Positions 24,801 through 37,800 of a stretch of 64,000 nucleotides of DNA are shown here, piece by piece. This stretch comes from the human T2T-CHM13v2.0 reference genome, Homo sapiens: assembly GCF_009914755.1 (NCBI RefSeq), contig NC_060929.1; one strand, given 5' to 3'. The translations under genes and the position numbers were made by a program. The stretch's first letter is position 1. The number at the start of each line of letters is the position of its first letter. Below the pieces are notes generated by a model. That model ran no database searches. It was given only the letters and a program-made list of their open reading frames with translations, and had not been told where the DNA came from.

Positions 24801-27800
24801 TTTATCTAAAGAAAGGTTCAACCCTGTGAATTGAACAACTACATCACAAAGTATTTTCTCAGAATGTTTCTGTCTAGTTTTTAGGTGAAGATATTTCTTT
24901 TTCCACCATGGGGAAGAAAGCACTCCAAATGAACACTTGCAGATTCTACAAAAAGTGTGTTTCAACACTGCTCTATCAAAAGAAAGTTTCAAGTCTGTGG
25001 GTTGAATCCCCACATCACAAAGCAGTTTCTGAGAATGCTTCTGCCTAGTTTTTAAGTGAAGGTATATCCTTTTCCATCTTAGGCCTCAAATCTCTCCAAA
25101 CATCCACTTGCAGATACTTCAAAAAGACTGTTTCAAAACTGCTCTCAAAAGGAAGGTTCAACTCTGTGAGTTGAATGCACACATCACAACGCAGTGTCTG
25201 AGAACGCTTCTGTCTAGTTTGCATGTGAAGATATTTCCTTTTCCATCTTAGGCCTCAAATCGATCCAAATATCCAATTGCAGACACCACAAAAAGACTGC
25301 TTCAAAACAGCTCTCGCAAAAGGAAGGTTCAACTCTGTGAGTTGAATGCACACATCACAGAGCAGTTTCTGAGAATGCTTCTGTCTAGTTTGTATGTGAA
25401 GATATCCCGTTTACAACAAATTCCTCAAAGAGCCCCCAATAGCAACAAGCAGATTCTACAAAAGCAGTGTTTCAAAACTGCTCTATCAAAAGGAACTTCC
25501 AACTCTGCGAATTGAACACACACATCACAAAGCAGTCTCTGAGAATGCTTCTGTCTGGTTTTTAGGTGAAGATATTCCTTTTTCCACCAGAGGCAACAAA
25601 GCACTCCAAACGAACACATGAAGATTCTACAAAAAGTGTGTTCCAACACTGCTCTATCAAAAGAAAGGTTCAAGTCTGGGAGTCCAATGTACATATCGCA
25701 AAGAACTTTCTGAGAATGCTAGGGTCTACTTTTTATGTGAAGATAGCCGTTTCCAAAGAATTCTTCAAAGAGTTCCAGATATCCACAGGCAGATTCTACA
25801 AAAGAAGTGTTTCAATACTGCTCTATCAAAAGACGTATTCAACTCAGTTACTTTAATGCACACATCTCAATGAAGTTCCTGAGAAAGCTTCTGTCTAGAT
25901 TTTATGTGAAAATATTTCCTTTTCCATCATGGGCCTCAAAGCGCTCAAAATGGACACTTGCAGATACTAGAGAAAGACTGTTTCAAAACTGCTCTATCCA
26001 AAGAACGGTTCCACTCTGTGAGGTGAATGCACACATCACAAAGCAGTTTCTGAGAACTCTTCTGTCTAGTTTGTATGTGAACATATTTCCTTTTCCATCA
26101 TAGGCCTCAAATCGCTCCAAATATCCACTTGCAGATACTACAAAAAGACTGTTTCAGAACTGCTTTCTCAAAAGAAAGTTTCAACTCTGTGAGTTGAATG
26201 CACACAGCACAAAGCAGTTTCTGAGAATGCTTCTGTGTAATTTGTATGTGAAGATATCCCGTATACGCCCAATTCCTCAAAGACCTCCAAATATCCACAA
26301 GCACATTCTACAAAAGCAGTGTTTCAAATCTGCTGTATCAGAAGAAAGGTTCAACTTTGTGAATTGGACACAAACATCTCAAAGGAGTTTCTGAGAAGGC
26401 TTCTTTCTAGTTTGTATGTGAACACATTTCTTTTTCCACCACAGGCAACGAAGCTCTCCAAATGAACACTTGCAGATTCTATAAAAAGTGTGTTTCAACA
26501 CTGCTCTATCAAAATAAGGTTTCAAGTCTGTACGTTTAATGCACACATCAAAAGCAGTTTCTGAGAATGCTTCTGTCTAGTTTGTAGGTGAAGGTATTCC
26601 CTTTTCCATCTTAGACCTCAAATCACTGAAAATATCCACTTGTATATACTACAAAAAGAAGGTTTCAAAACCTCTCTCTCAAAAGGAAGGTTCAACTCTG
26701 TGAGTTGAATGCACACATCACAAAGCAGTTTCTGAGCATGCTTCTGTCTAGTTTGTATGTGAAGATAGTTCCTTTTCCCTCATAGGCCTCAAAGCGTTCC
26801 ACATATCGACTTGCAGATACTACAAAAAGACTGTTTGAAAACTGTTCTCTCAGAAGGAAGGTTCAACTCCGTGTGTTGAATGCACACATCACAAAGCAGT
26901 TTCTGAGAATGCTTCTGGCTAGTTTGTATGTGAAGATATCCCTTTGACAGCGAATTCCTCAAAGAGCTCCAAATATCCACAAGCAGATTCTAGAAAAGCA
27001 GTGTTTCAAAACTGCTCAATCTAAAGAAAGGTTCACCTCTGTGCATTGAACACACATATCACAAAGGAGTTTCGGAGAACGCTTCTTCCTAGTGTTTATG
27101 TGAAGATATTTCTTTTTCCACCATAGGCATCAAAGCGCTCCAAATGAACTCTTGCAGATTCTACAAATGTGTGTTTCAACACTGCTCCGTCTAAAGAAAT
27201 GTTCAAGTCTCTGAGTTGAATGCACCCATCACAAAGCAGTTTCTGAGAATGCTTCTATCTAGTTTGTATGTGCAGATATTCCCGTTTCCATCTTAAGCCT
27301 CACATCGCTCCATATATCCACTTGAGGATACTACAAAAAACTGTTTCAAAACTGCTCTCTCAAAAGGAAGGTTCAACTCTGTGAGCTGAATGCACACATC
27401 ACAAAGCAGTTAATGAGATTGCTTCTGTCTAGTTTGCATGTGAGGATATTTCCTTTTCAATCTTAGACTTCCCATCGCTCCAAGTATCCACTTGCAGATA
27501 TTTCAAAGAGACTGTTTAAAAACTGCTCTCTCAGAAGGAAGGTTCAACTCTGTGAGTTGAATGCACACACCACAAAGCAGTTTCTGAGAATGCTTGTGTC
27601 TAGTTTGTATGTGAAGATATCCCGTTTACAACGAATTCCTCAAAGAGCTCCAAATATCCACAAGCAGATTCTACAGAAGCAGTGTATCAAAACTGCTCTA
27701 TCAAAAGAAAGGTTCAACTCTCTGAATAGAACAAACACATCACAAAGGAGTTTCTGAGAATGCTTCTGTCTAGTATTTATGTGACGATATTTCTTTTTCC

Positions 27801-30800
27801 ACCATAGGGAAAAAAACGCTCCAAGCGAACACTTGCACATCCTACAAAATGTGTGTTTCAACACTGCTCTTTCAAGAGAAAGGTTCAAGTCTGTGAGTTG
27901 AATGCACACATCACTAAGCAGTTTCTGAGAATGCTTCTGTCTAGTTTGTATGTGAAGATATCCCGTTTACAACGAAATCCTCAAAGAGCTCCAAATATCC
28001 ACAAGCAGATCCTATAAAAGCGGTGTTTCAAAACTGCTCTATCAAAAGAAAATTTCAATTCTGTGAATTTGACACACACTTCACAAAGGAGTTTCTGAGA
28101 ATGTTTCTGTCTAGTTTTCATTTGAAGATATTTCTTTTTCCACCGTAGGCAACAAAGCGCACTAAATGAACACTTGCAGATTCTACAAAAAGCGTGTTCC
28201 AACCCTGATCTCTCAAAAGAAAGTTTGAAGTCTGTGAGTTTAAGGCACACATCTCAAAGAACTTTGTGAGAATGCTTGGTTCTCCTTTTTTTGGGAAGAT
28301 ACCAGCTGCCAACGAATTCCTGAAAGAGTTCCAAATATCCACAAGCAGATTCTACAAAAGGAGTGTTGCAATTCTGCTCTATCAAAAGGCAGATTCAACT
28401 CAGTTACTTGAATGCACACATCTCAATGAAGTTCCTGAGCATGCCTCTGTCTAGTTTTCTGTGAAGATATTTCCTTTTCCGCCAAAGGCTTAAAAGCTCT
28501 CCAAAATGAACACTCGCAGATCCTACAAAAAGACTGTTTCAGAACTGCTCTATCAAAAGGACGGTTCCACTCTGTGAGGTGAATGCACACATCACAAAGC
28601 AGATTCTGAGAAAGCTTCTGTCAAGTTTGGCTGTGAAGATATTTCCTTTTCCATCTTAGTCCTCCCATTGCTCCAAATATCTACTTGTAGAGAGTACAAA
28701 AAGATTGTTTCAAAACTGTTCTCTCAAAAGGAAGGTTCAACTCTGTGAGTAGAATGCACACATCACAAACCAGTTTCTGAGGATGCTTCTGACTAGTTTG
28801 AATGTGAAGATATCCCGTTTAAAACGAATTCCTCAAACAGCTCCAAATATCCACAAGAAGATTCTACAAAAGCAGTGTTTCAAAACTGCTTTATCTAAAG
28901 AAAGGTTCAACCCTGTGAATTGAACAACTACATCACAAAGTATTTTCTGAGAATGTTTCTGTCTAGTTTTTAGGTGAAGATATTTCTTTTTCCACCATGG
29001 GGAAGAAAGCACTCCAAATGAACACTTGCAGATTCTACAAAAAGTGTGTTTCAACACTGCTCTATCAAAAGAAAGTTTCAAGTCTGTGGGTTGAATCCCC
29101 ACATCACAAAGCAGTTTCTGAGAATGCTTCTGCCTAGTTTTCAGGTGAAGGTATATCCTTTTCCATCTTAGGCCTCAAATCTCTCCAAACATCCACTTGC
29201 AGATACTTCAAAAAGACTGTTTCAAAACTGCTCTCAAAAGGAAGGTTCAACTCTGTGAGTTGAATGCACACATCACAACGCAGTGTCTGAGAACGCTTCT
29301 GTCTAGTTTGCATGTGAAGATATTTCCTTTTCCATCTTAGGCCTCAAATCGATCCAAATATCCAATTGCAGACACCACAAAAAGACTGCTTCAAAACAGC
29401 TCTCGCAAAAGGAAGGTTCAACTCTGTGAGTTGAATGCACACATCACAGAGCAGTTTCTGAGAATGCTTCTGTCTAGTTTGTATGTGAAGATATCCCGTT
29501 TACAACAAATTCCTCAAAGAGCCCCCAATAGCAACAAGCAGATTCTACAAAAGCAGTGTTTCAAAACTGCTCTATCAAAAGGAACTTCCAACTCTGCGAA
29601 TTGAACACACACATCACAAAGCAGTCTCTGAGAATGCTTCTGTCTGGTTTTTAGGTGAAGATATTCCTTTTTCCACCAGAGGCAACAAAGCACTCCAAAC
29701 GAACACATGAAGATTCTACAAAAAGTGTGTTCCAACACTGCTCTATCAAAAGAAAGGTTCAAGTCTGGGAGTCCAATGTACATATCGCAAAGAACTTTCT
29801 GAGAATGCTAGGGTCTACTTTTTATGTGAAGATAGCCGTTTCCAAAGAATTCTTCAAAGAGTTCCAGATATCCACAGGCAGATTCTACAAAAGAAGTGTT
29901 TCAATACTGCTCTATCAAAAGACGTATTCAACTCAGTTACTTTAATGCACACATCTCAATGAAGTTCCTGAGAAAGCTTCTGTCTAGATTTTATGTGAAA
30001 ATATTTCCTTTTCCATCATGGGCCTCAAAGCGCTCAAAATGGACACTTGCAGATACTAGAGAAAGACTGTTTCAAAACTGCTCTATCCAAAGAACGGTTC
30101 CACTCTGTGAGGTGAATGCACACATCACAAAGCAGTTTCTGAGAACTCTTCTGTCTAGTTTGTATGTGAACATATTTCCTTTTCCATCATAGGCCTCAAA
30201 TCGCTCCAAATATCCACTTGCAGATACTACAAAAAGACTGTTTCAGAACTGCTTTCTCAAAAGAAAGTTTCAACTCTGTGAGTTGAATGCACACAGCACA
30301 AAGTAGTTTCTGAGAATGCTTCTGTGTAATTTGTATGTGAAGATATCCCGTATACGCCCAATTCCCCAAAGACCTCCAAATATCCACAAGCACATTCTAC
30401 AAAAGCAGTGTTTCAAATCTGCTGTATCAGAAGAAAGGTTCAACTTTGTGAATTGGACACAAACATCTCAAAGGAGTTTCTGAGAAGGCTTCTTTCTAGT
30501 TTGTATGTGAACACATTTCTTTTTCCACCACAGGCAACGAAGCTCTCCAAATGAACACTTGCAGATTCTATAAAAAGTGTGTTTCAACACTGCTCTATCA
30601 AAATAAGGTTTCAAGTCTGTACGTTTAATGCACACATCAAAAGCAGTTTCTGAGAATGCTTCTGTCTAGTTTGTAGGTGAAGGTATTCCCTTTTCCATCT
30701 TAGACCTCAAATCACTGAAAATATCCACTTGTATATACTACAAAAAGAAGGTTTCAAAACCTCTCTCTCAAAAGGAAGGTTCAACTCTGTGAGTTGAATG

Positions 30801-33800
30801 CACACATCACAAAGCAGTTTCTGAGCATGCTTCTGTCTAGTTTGTATGTGAAGATAGTTCCTTTTCCCTCATAGGCCTCAAAGCGTTCCACATATCGACT
30901 TGCAGATACTACAAAAAGACTGTTTGAAAACTGTTCTCTCAGAAGGAAGGTTCAACTCCGTGTGTTGAATGCACACATCACAAAGCAGTTTCTGAGAATG
31001 CTTCTGGCTAGTTTGTATGTGAAGATATCCCTTTGACAGCGAATTCCTCAAAGAGCTCCAAATATCCACAAGCAGATTCTAGAAAAGCAGTGTTTCAAAA
31101 CTGCTCAATCTAAAGAAAGGTTCACCTCTGTGCATTGAACACACATATCACAAAGGAGTTTCGGAGAACGCTTCTTCCTAGTGTTTATGTGAAGATATTT
31201 CTTTTTCCACCATAGGCATCAAAGCGCTCCAAATGAACTCTTGCAGATTCTACAAATGTGTGTTTCAACACTGCTCCGTCTAAAGAAATGTTCAAGTCTC
31301 TGAGTTGAATGCACCCATCACAAAGCAGTTTCTGAGAATGCTTCTATCTAGTTTGTATGTGCAGATATTCCCGTTTCCATCTTAAGCCTCACATCGCTCC
31401 ATATATCCACTTGAGGATACTACAAAAAACTGTTTCAAAACTGCTCTCTCAAAAGGAAGGTTCAACTCTGTGAGCTGAATGCACACATCACAAAAGAGTT
31501 AATAAGATTGCTTCTGTCTAGTTTGTATGTGAGGATATTTCCTTTTCAATCTTAGTCTTCCCATCGCTCCAAGTATCCACTTGCAGATATTTCAAAGAGA
31601 CTGTTTAAAAACTGCTCTCTCAGAAGGAAGGTTCAACTCTGTGAGTTGAATGCACACACCACAAAGCAGTTTCTGAGAATGCTTGTGTCTAGTTTGTATG
31701 TGAAGATATCCCGTTTACAACGAATTCCTCAAAGAGCTCCAAATATCCACAAGCAGATTCTACAGAAGCAGTGTATCAAAACTGCTCTATCAAAAGAAAG
31801 GTTCAACTCTCTGAATAGAACAAACACATCACAAAGGAGTTTCTGAGAATGCTTCTGTCTAGTATTTATGTGAAGATATTTCTTTTTCCACCATAGGCAA
31901 AAAAACGCTCCACGTGAAAACTTGCACATCCTACAAAATGTGTGTTTCAACACTGCTCTTTCAAGAGAAAGGTTCAAGTCTGTGAGTTGAATGCACACAT
32001 CACTAAGCAGTTTCTGAGAATGCTTCTGTCTAGTTTGTATGTGAAGATATCCCGTTTACAACGAAATCCTCAAAGAGCTCCAAATATCCACAAGCAGATC
32101 CTATAAAAGCGGTGTTTCAAAACTGCTCTATCAAAAGAAAATTTCAATTCTGTGAATTTGACACACACTTCACAAAGGAGTTTCTGAGAATGTTTCTGTC
32201 TAGTTTTCATTTGAAGATATTTCTTTTTCCACCGTAGGCAACAAAGCGCACTAAATGAACACTTGCAGATTCTACAAAAAGCGTGTTCCAACCCTGATCT
32301 CTCAAAAGAAAGTTTGAAGTCTGTGAGTTTAAGGCACACATCTCAAAGAACTTTGTGAGAATGCTTGGTTCTCCTTTTTTTGGGAAGATACCAGCTGCCA
32401 ACGAATTCCTGAAAGAGTTCCAAATATCCACAAGCAGATTCTACAAAAGGTGTGTTGCAATTCTGCTCTATCAAAAGGCAGATTCAACTCAGTTACTTGA
32501 ATGCACACATCTCAATGAAGTTCCTGAGCATGCCTCTGTCTAGTTTTCTGTGAAGATATTTCCTTTTCCGCCAAAGGCTTAAAAGCTCTCCAAAATGAAC
32601 ACTCGCAGATCCTACAAAAAGACTGTTTCAGAACTGCTCTATCAAAAGGACGGTTCCACTCTGTGAGGTGAATGCACACATCACAAAGCAGATTCTCAGA
32701 AAGCTTCTGTCAAGTTTGGCTGTGAAGATATTTCCTTTTCCATCTTAGTCCTCCCATTGCTCCAAATATCCACTTGTAGAGAGTACAAAAAGATTGTTTC
32801 AAAACTGTTCTCTCAAAAGGAAGGTTCTACTCTGTGAGTAGAATGCACACATCACAAACCAGTTTCTGAGGATGCTTCTGACTAGTTTGAATGTGAAGAT
32901 ATCCCGTTTAAAACGAATTCCTCCAACAGCTCCAAATATCCACAAGAAGATTCTACAAAAGCAGTGTTTCAAAACTGCTTTATCTAAAGAAAGGTTCAAC
33001 CCTGTGAATTGAACAACTACATCACAAAGTATTTTCTGAGAATGTTTCTGTCTAGTTTTTAGGTGAAGATATTTCTTTTTCCACCATGGGGAAGAAAGCA
33101 CTCCAAATGAACACTTGCAGATTCTACAAAAAGTGTGTTTCAACACTGCTCTATCAAAAGAAAGTTTCAAGTCTGTGGGTTGAATCCCCACATCACAAAG
33201 CAGTTTCTGAGAATGCTTCTGCCTAGTTTTTAGGTGAAGGTATATCCTTTTCCATCTTAGGCCTCAAATCTCTCCAAACATCCACTTGCAGATACTTCAA
33301 AAAGACTGTTTCAAAACTGCTCTCAAAAGGAAGGTTTAACTCTGTGAGTTGAATGCACACATCACAACGCAGTGTCTGAGAACGCTTCTGTCTAGTTTGC
33401 ATGTGAAGATATTTCCTTTTCCATCTTAGGCCTCAAATCGATCCAAATATCCAATTGCAGACACCACAAAAAGACTGCTTCAAAACAGCTCTCGCAAAAG
33501 GAAGGTTCAACTCTGTGAGTTGAATGCACACATCACAGAGCAGTTTCTGAGAATGCTTCTGTCTAGTTTGTATGTGAAGATATCCCGTTTACAACAAATT
33601 CCTCAAAGAGCCCCCAATAGCAACAAGCAGATTCTACAAAAGCAGTGTTTCAAAACTGCTCTATCAAAAGGAACTTCCATCTCTGCGAATTGAACACACA
33701 CATCACAAAGCAGTCTCTGAGAATGCTTCTGTCTGGTTTTTAGGTGAAGATATTCCTTTTTCCACCAGAGGCAACAAAGCACTCCAAACGAACACATGAA

Positions 33801-34809
33801 GATTCTACAAAAAGTGTGTTCCAACACTGCTCTATCAAAAGAAAGGTTCAAGTCTGGGAGTCCAATGTACATATCGCAAAGAACTTTCTGAGAATGCTTG
33901 GGTCTACTTTTTATGTGAAGATAGCCGTTTCCAAAGAATTCTTCAAAGAGTTCCAGATATCCACAGGCAGATTCTACAAAAGAAGTGTTTCAATACTGCT
34001 CTATCAAAAGACGTATTCAACTCAGTTACTTTAATGCACACATCTCAATGAAGTTCCTGAGAAAGCTTCTGTCTAGATTTTATGTGAAAATATTTCCTTT
34101 TCCATCATGGGCCTCAAAGCACTCAAAATGGACACTTGCAGATACTAGAGAAAGACTGTTTCAAAACTGCTCTATCCAAAGAACGGTTCCACTCTGTGAG
34201 GTGAATGCACACATCAGAAAGCAGTTTCTGAGAACTCTTCTGTCTAGTTTGTATGTGAACATATTTCCTTTTCCATCATAGGCCTCAAATCGCTCCAAAT
34301 ATCCACTTGCAGATACTACAAAAAGACTGTTTCAGAACTGCTTTCTCAAAAGAAAGTTTCAACTCGGTGAGTTGAATGCACACAGCACAAAGCAGTTTCT
34401 GAGAATGCTTCTGTGTAATTTGTATGTGAAGATATCCCGTATACGCCCAATTCCTCAAAGACCTCCAAATATCCACAAGCACATTCTACAAAAGCAGTGT
34501 TTCAAATCTGCTGTATCAGAAGAAAGGTTCAACTTTGTGAATTGGACACAAACATCTCAAAGGAGTTTCTGAGAAGGCTTCTTTCTAGTTTGTATGTGAA
34601 CACATTTCTTTTTCCACCACAGGCAACGAAGCTCTCCAAATGAACACTTGCAGATTCTATAAAAAGTGTGTTTCAACACTGCTCTATCAAAATAAGGTTT
34701 CAAGTCTGTACGTTTAATGCACACATCAAAAGCAGTTTCTGAGAATGCTTCTGTCTAGTTTGTAGGTGAAGGTATTCCCTTTTCCATCTTAGACCTCAAA
34801 TCACTGAAA

Positions 34810-37800
34810 ATATCCACTTGTATATACTACAAAAAGAAGGTTTCAAAACCTCTCTCTCAAAAGGAAGGTTCAACTCTGTGAGTTGAATGCACACATCACA
34901 AAGCAGTTTCTGAGCATGCTTCTGTCTAGTTTGTATGTGAAGATAGTTCCTTTTCCCTCATAGGCCTCAAAGCGTTCCAAATATCGACTTGCAGATACTA
35001 CAAAAAGACTGTTTGAAAACTGTTCTCTCAGAAGGAAGGTTCAACTCCGTGTGTTGAATGCACACATCACAAAGCAGTTTCTGAGAATGCTTCTGGCTAC
35101 TTTGTATGTGAAGATATCCCTTTGACAGCGAATTCCTCAAAGAGCTCCAAATATCCACAAGCAGATTCTAGAAAAGCAGTGTTTCAAAACTGCTCAATCT
35201 AAAGAAAGGTTCACCTCTGTGCATTGAACACACATATCACAAAGGAGTTTCGGAGAACGCTTCTTCCTAGTGTTTATGTGAAGATATTTCTTTTTCCACC
35301 ATAGGCATCAAAGCGCTCCAAATGAACTCTTGCAGATTCTACAAATGTGTGTTTCAACACTGCTCCGTCTAAAGAAATGTTCAAGTCTCTGAGTTGAATG
35401 CACCCATCACAAAGCAGTTTCTGAGAATGCTTCTATCTAGTTTGTATGTGCAGATATTCCCGTTTCCATCTTAAGCCTCACATCGCTCCATATATCCACT
35501 TGAGGATACTACAAAAAACTGTTTCAAAACTGCTCTCTCAAAAGGAAGGTTCAACTCTGTGAGCTGAATGCACACATCACAAAGCAGTTAATGAGATTGC
35601 TTCTGTCTAGTTTGCATGTGAGGATATTTCCTTTTCAATCTTAGACTTCCCATCGCTCCAAGTATCCACTTGCAGATATTTCAAAGAGACTGTTTAAAAA
35701 CTGCTCTCTCAGAAGGAAGGTCCAACTCTGTGAGTTGAATGCACACACCACAAAGCAGTTTCTGAGAATGCTTGTGTCTAGTTTGTATGTGAAGATATCC
35801 CGTTTACAACGAATTCCTCAAAGAGCTCCAAATATCCACAAGCAGATTCTACAGAAGCAGTGTATCAAAACTGCTCTATCAAAAGAAAGGTTTAACTCTC
35901 TGAATAGAACAAACACATCACAAAGGAGTTTCTGAGAATGCTTCTGTCTAGTATTTATGTGAAGATATTTCTTTTTCCACCATAGGCAAAAAAACGCTCC
36001 AAGCGAACACTTGCACATCCTACAAAATGTGTGTTTCAACACTGCTCTTTCAAGAGAAAGGTTCAAGTCTGTGAGTTGAATGCACACATCACTAAGCAGT
36101 TTCTGAGAATGCTTCTGTCTAGTTTGTATGTGAAGATATCCCGTTTACAACGAAATCCTCAAAGAGCTCCAAATATCCACAAGCAGATCCTATAAAAGCG
36201 GTGTTTCAAAACTGCTCTATCAAAAGAAAATTTCAATTCTGTGAATTTGACACACACTTCACAAAGGAGTTTCTGAGAATGTTTCTGTCTAGTTTTCATT
36301 TGAAGATATTTCTTTTTCCACCGTAGGCAACAAAGCGCACTAAATGAACACTTGCAGATTCTACAAAAAGCGTGTTCCAACCCTGATCTCTCAAAAGAAA
36401 GTTTGAAGTCTGTGAGTTTAAGGCACACATCTCAAAGAACTTTGTGAGAATGCTTGGTTCTCCTTTTTTTGGGAAGATACCAGCTGCCAACGAATTCCTG
36501 AAAGAGTTCCAAATATCCACAAGCAGATTCTACAAAAGGAGTGTTGCAATTCTGCTCTATCAAAAGGCAGATTCAACTCAGTTACTTGAATGCACACATC
36601 TCAATGAAGTTCCTGAGCATGCCTCTGTCTAGTTTTCTGTGAAGATATTTCCTTTTCCGCCAAAGGCTTAAAAGCTCTCCAAAATGAACACTCGCAGATC
36701 CTACAAAAAGACTGTTTCAGAACTGCTCTATCAAAAGGACGGTTCCACTCTGTGAGGTGAATGCACACATCACAAAGCAGATTCTGAGAAAGCTTCTGTC
36801 AAGTTTGGCTGTGAAGATATTTCCTTTTCCATCTTAGTCCTCCCATTGCTCCAAATATCCACTTGTAGAGAGTACAAAAAGATTGTTTCAAAACTGTTCT
36901 CTCAAAAGGAAGGTTCAACTCTGTGAGTAGAATGCACACATCACAAACCAGTTTCTGAGGATGCTTCTGACTAGTTTGAATGTGAAGATATCCCGTTTAA
37001 AACGAATTCCTCCAACAGCTCCAAATATCCACAAGAAGATTCTACAAAAGCAGTGTTTCAAAACTGCTTTATCTAAAGAAAGGTTCAACCCTGTGAATTG
37101 AACAACTACATCACAAAGTATTTTCTGAGAATGTTTCTGTCTAGTTTTTAGGTGAAGATATTTCTTTTTCCACCATGGGGAAGAAAGCACTCCAAATGAA
37201 CACTTGCAGATTCTACAAAAAGTGTGTTTCAACACTGCTCTATCAAAAGAAAGTTTCAAGTCTGTGGGTTGAATCCCCACATCACAAAGCAGTTTCTGAG
37301 AATGCTTCTGCCTAGTTTTTAGGTGAAGGTATATCCTTTTCCATCTTAGGCCTCAAATCTCTCCAAACATCCACTTGCAGATACTTCAAAAAGACTGTTT
37401 CAAAACTGCTCTCAAAAGGAAGGTTCAACTCTGTGAGTTGAATGCACACATCACAACGCAGTGTCTGAGAACGCTTCTGTCTAGTTTGCATGTGAAGATA
37501 TTTCCTTTTCCATCTTAGGCCTCAAATCGATCCAAATATCCAATTGCAGACACCACAAAAAGACTGCTTCAAAACAGCTCTCGCAAAAGGAAGGTTCAAC
37601 TCTGTGAGTTGAATGCACACATCACAGAGCAGTTTCTGAGAATGCTTCTGTCTAGTTTGTATGTGAAGGTATCCCGTTTACAACAAATTCCTCAAAGAGC
37701 CCCCAATAGCAACAAGCAGATTCTACAAAAGCAGTGTTTCAAAACTGCTCTATCAAAAGGAACTTCCAACTCTGCGAATTGAACACACACATCACAAAGC

